A DNA stretch of 64,000 bases from the human T2T-CHM13v2.0 reference genome, Homo sapiens, in NCBI RefSeq assembly GCF_009914755.1, contig NC_060932.1; one strand, given 5' to 3'. Each line of letters begins with the position of its first letter. The first letter of the stretch is position 1. The notes under the pieces are model-generated. The model made no database searches. It saw only the letters and a program-made list of their open reading frames with translations, and had not been told where the DNA came from. Shown piece by piece: positions 59,768 through 64,000 of this stretch. A program made the translations under genes and the position numbers.

Positions 59768-60566
59768 TCAGACAGATAGGAGTTTGACTCTCAGCTCTCC
59801 CATTTAGTGGCTAGAGGTGGCTGAGTTTCCAAATTTCTCCTAGCTCAGTTAAGGGAAGAATGCTTCCATTATGGAGATTTTGAGCAGGTCAGAGATAAGG
59901 TATATAAAGCATCTATTTCTAATCTATGATAGATGTGATGGTGACTCTGATACCTCTGAATTATTTCTGCGTCTGCTGGCTCCCCACACGCACACAAGGC
60001 ATACGGAAAGGCGGAGATAAATTCCCCAGGGGCCTTCCTACCTAAAACACATCAGCTGATCACAAAGGAAGTTTGCCTCCCAGACTGGAGCATTATCAGA
60101 TGAGTTCTCAGGGCTCTGGTTGCCCAGAGTTGCACATTGCTAAGACCCTCAGCATACAAGACTGGCAGATTCCCCGGTTCTCCAGGTGGGCATTAATGAG
60201 GGATAAGAAACAAGTTTCTTTTTTTCTTTTTGAGACAGAGTCTCACTCTGTCGCCCAGACTGGAGTGTGCAGTGACACAATCTCAGCTCACTGCAACTTC
60301 TGCCTCCCAGGTTCCAGTGATTCTTAGCTTCCCGAGTAGCTGAGATTATAGGCACGCACCACTATGCCCTGCTAAGGTGTTTTGTTTTGTTTTTTGCTTT
60401 GTTTTGTTTTGAGATGGAGTCTCACTCTTGTTGCCCAGCTGGAGTCCAGTGGTGCCATCTCGGTTCATCACAACCTCTGCCTCCTGAGTTCAAGCAATTC
60501 TCCAGCTTCAGCCTCCCGAGTACCTGGGATTACAGGTGCCCGCCACCACGCCCAGCTAATTTTTAA

Positions 60567-61038
<472 letters not shown>

Positions 61039-61121
61039 TAAATACATCATCAAGGAGACTCCTGTAACTCAGCCTCCCTTTCCAAACCGATGATCCATTC
61101 CTGAGAGCTTCCTTTTCCAAC

Positions 61122-61196
61122 CAATCTAGTGTTCAGAATCCCGATCAGTGGGCCTGCTGGCATCAATCTAGTGTTCAGAATCCCGATCAGTGGGCC
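61122..61196 (+). repeat. Perfect 33-bp direct repeat with a 9-bp spacer
   Basis: caatctagtgttcagaatcccgatcagtgggcc at 61122-61154 and 61164-61196. Confidence 0.95.
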
Positions 61197-61223
61197 GCCT
61201 GTTATCTGGTGATAACAGGTGGC
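61194..61223. promoter_or_regulatory. Palindromic double GATA motif with an E-box (candidate enhancer core)
   Basis: gccgcctgTTATCtggtGATAAcaggtggc: 13-bp arms with 1 mismatch; WGATAA on both strands; CAGGTG in the right arm. Confidence 0.5.
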
Positions 61224-62412
61224 AAAATTCAGAAGCTTCACCATTTTTCCTAGGGCCTGCCTCGTTACCTTCAATCCTGCCTAGCCAGGTAGAAACTTCA
61301 CATTGCCCATGTTGGCAGTAAAACAAGAACTTGGTTAATCTGCAATTGCGCCTGCCAAGAACATCAACTGTGTTCAATAGTGAACTTCCGGCTGGGTGTG
61401 GTGGCTCACACTGTAATCCCAAAACTTTGGGAGGTGAGGTGGGAGGACTGCTTGAGCCCACGAGTTAGAGACCGGCCTGAGAAACATAGTAAGGCCTCGT
61501 CTCCACAAATAAAAAATTTAAAAATTAGCCGGGTGTGGTGTTGCACGCCTGTAGTCCCAGCTACATGGGAGGCTGAGGTGGGAGGATCGTTTGAGCCCAG
61601 GAGTTTGAGGCTGCCATGAGCTATATTGCACCACTGCACTCCAGCCTGGGTGACAGAGCAAGACCCTGTCTCAAAAAAAAATTGTTAACTTCCTTCCTCT
61701 GGTTCCCCACAACCTCCCACCACAGAATTGCCTACAGTTTCCTCCCTCTGTCGTCCTTCTTTGCTGCCTAAAATCTAATTCAAGACCAGAATGAGAACTA
61801 CTCAGAAAATAGACGAGTCATAATTTCCAAGGCAAAACACTATCGATTCATCAACTCAATTATTTCAGCAACTATATACTGAGTACTTGCTATGTGCAAA
61901 ACACTGTTCTAGGGGCTTGGACTATACTGATGACTTAAACAGATAAAGATCCCTGTCTCTGTTGCATTTCATCAGCTTTACACCAACCATGACTAAATAT
62001 AATGCTGTCTGGACATGGCCCTGTCCCTGGCACATATTCACTATTCAATATCCATGTCTCCACCTTCAAAGTCTTTTTTTTCATTTCAGATGAAGGTTAG
62101 TTCAGGGAGGCATCAAGCTTGAGAAAAAGAGAAAAAAAAAAAAGCAGTCTGTGTAAAGCAGAATCTAAAGCAAGAAAATCAATGGATACATTTGCAAGAG
62201 ATATTAACAAAGGCTGTTTTTGTTCAATTCTTAGCTAAGCAGAACATTAACCTGAACCTTCCAGTCTCAGGAAATCACCAGATTTTTAAAAAGTGTGACT
62301 GGGTGCCGTGGCTCACACCTGTAATCCTAGCACTTTTGACGGGTCAAGACTGGAGGATCCTTTGAGCCCAGGAGTTTGAGAGGAGCCTGGACAACACAGC
62401 GAGACCCCATCA

Positions 62413-62517
<105 letters not shown>

Positions 62518-62589
62518 CTACAGCCTGGGCGACAGAGTGAGACCCTGCCTCAAAAAACAAAAAAATTTAAAAAATAAAAATAATTGTTA

Positions 62590-63106
<517 letters not shown>

Positions 63107-64000
63107 TCAAGAAGAAAAAAAAAAGCCAAAGGGTATCAGTATTTCCATATCATTCCTTTAGTTTCCCTCTATAAAAAAAGTTCTTGGATTCTTGGACAGA
63201 CACGGTGGCTCATTTCTATAATTCCAGCACTTTGGAAGGCCGAGGTGGGTGGATCGGTTGAGGTCAGGAGTTCGAGACCAGCCTGGCCAACGTGGTGAAA
63301 CCTCATCTCTACAAAAAAAAAATTAGCTGGGTGTAGTGGCACACGCCTGTAGTCCCAGCTACTCAGGAGGCTGGGCAGGAGAATCGCTTGAACACGGGAG
63401 GCAGAGGTTACAGTGAGCCAAGATGGTACCACTACACTCCAGCCTGGGTGACAGCCAGACTCTGTCTCAAAAAAAAAAAAAAGCATTCTCTGTGGTTACT
63501 TTTCAAAGTATGTTTTACAAAGAAATAGACACCCTGAAGGATTCAGAGGCAGTCTATCTTTTCCTAGCCCTGCAGATTTAGTGGGTTTTGAGGCAGATGG
63601 CAAAGCAACAGTATATGAAGACTAGTACAAAAAAAGGAAGCAGTCAACAAGGTAAGTTAAAAGCCAAATTTCAACAATAGCATTTGCTTGTTTTAACTAG
63701 CCCCACCCTTTATGGCCACTCCTTTATTTGTCACTTATGAATATGGGTGGGCCCCATTCTATGAAATTCTAAACCCAGGAGACACATTAGGGTAACCTTC
63801 TATTTCGGAGGGCTATCTGTCAATATTGCAGGAACTGATGACAGAGTTCCTTTAAACTGACCTCCTTTTAGTAAATTGCATTTAATAATGCATGTTCAGG
63901 CTGGGCACGGTGGCTCATGCCTGTAATCCCAGCACTTTGAGAGGCTAAGGTGGGAGGACTGCTTGAGCTCAGGAGTTCGAGACCAGCAGTTCGAGACCAG

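Noticed and set aside
61122-61196. 33-bp repeat-spacer-repeat as a CRISPR-like array
   Set aside because: Only two copies, a 9-bp spacer, primate intronic context and no cas genes
63970-64000. Short duplication agttcgagaccag inside the terminal Alu
   Set aside because: Minor slippage within an Alu, truncated by the window edge

Overview
Human/primate genomic DNA, extremely Alu-rich. The minus strand carries exons 2-13 of GSR (glutathione-disulfide reductase; chr8p12 from recall). I traced all 12 coding exons by hand: each has a canonical AG acceptor, the 11 internal exons have GT donors, and they splice into one continuous frame from VNVGCVPKK to ...[16 protein letters not shown] ~1.45 kb 3' UTR follows, with an inverted Alu pair and an AATAAA. 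Exon 1 is not in the window and must lie beyond the right edge. The left ~19 kb is intergenic transposon debris: two decayed ERV-L proviral remnants in opposite orientation (gag, pro/pol and dUTPase motifs still readable), several LTRs, L1 and DNA-transposon fossils. Almost all ORFs in the supplied track are Alu-derived noise. I found no new gene system. The best leads are regulatory: a candidate Alu poison exon with a distant branch point in intron 4, a palindromic double-GATA element beside a 33-bp duplication in intron 1, a strong CTCF-like site, the 3' UTR inverted Alus, and a 27-nt in-frame microexon carrying a catalytic cysteine. Repeat family names come from recalled consensus sequences and need RepeatMasker/Dfam confirmation.
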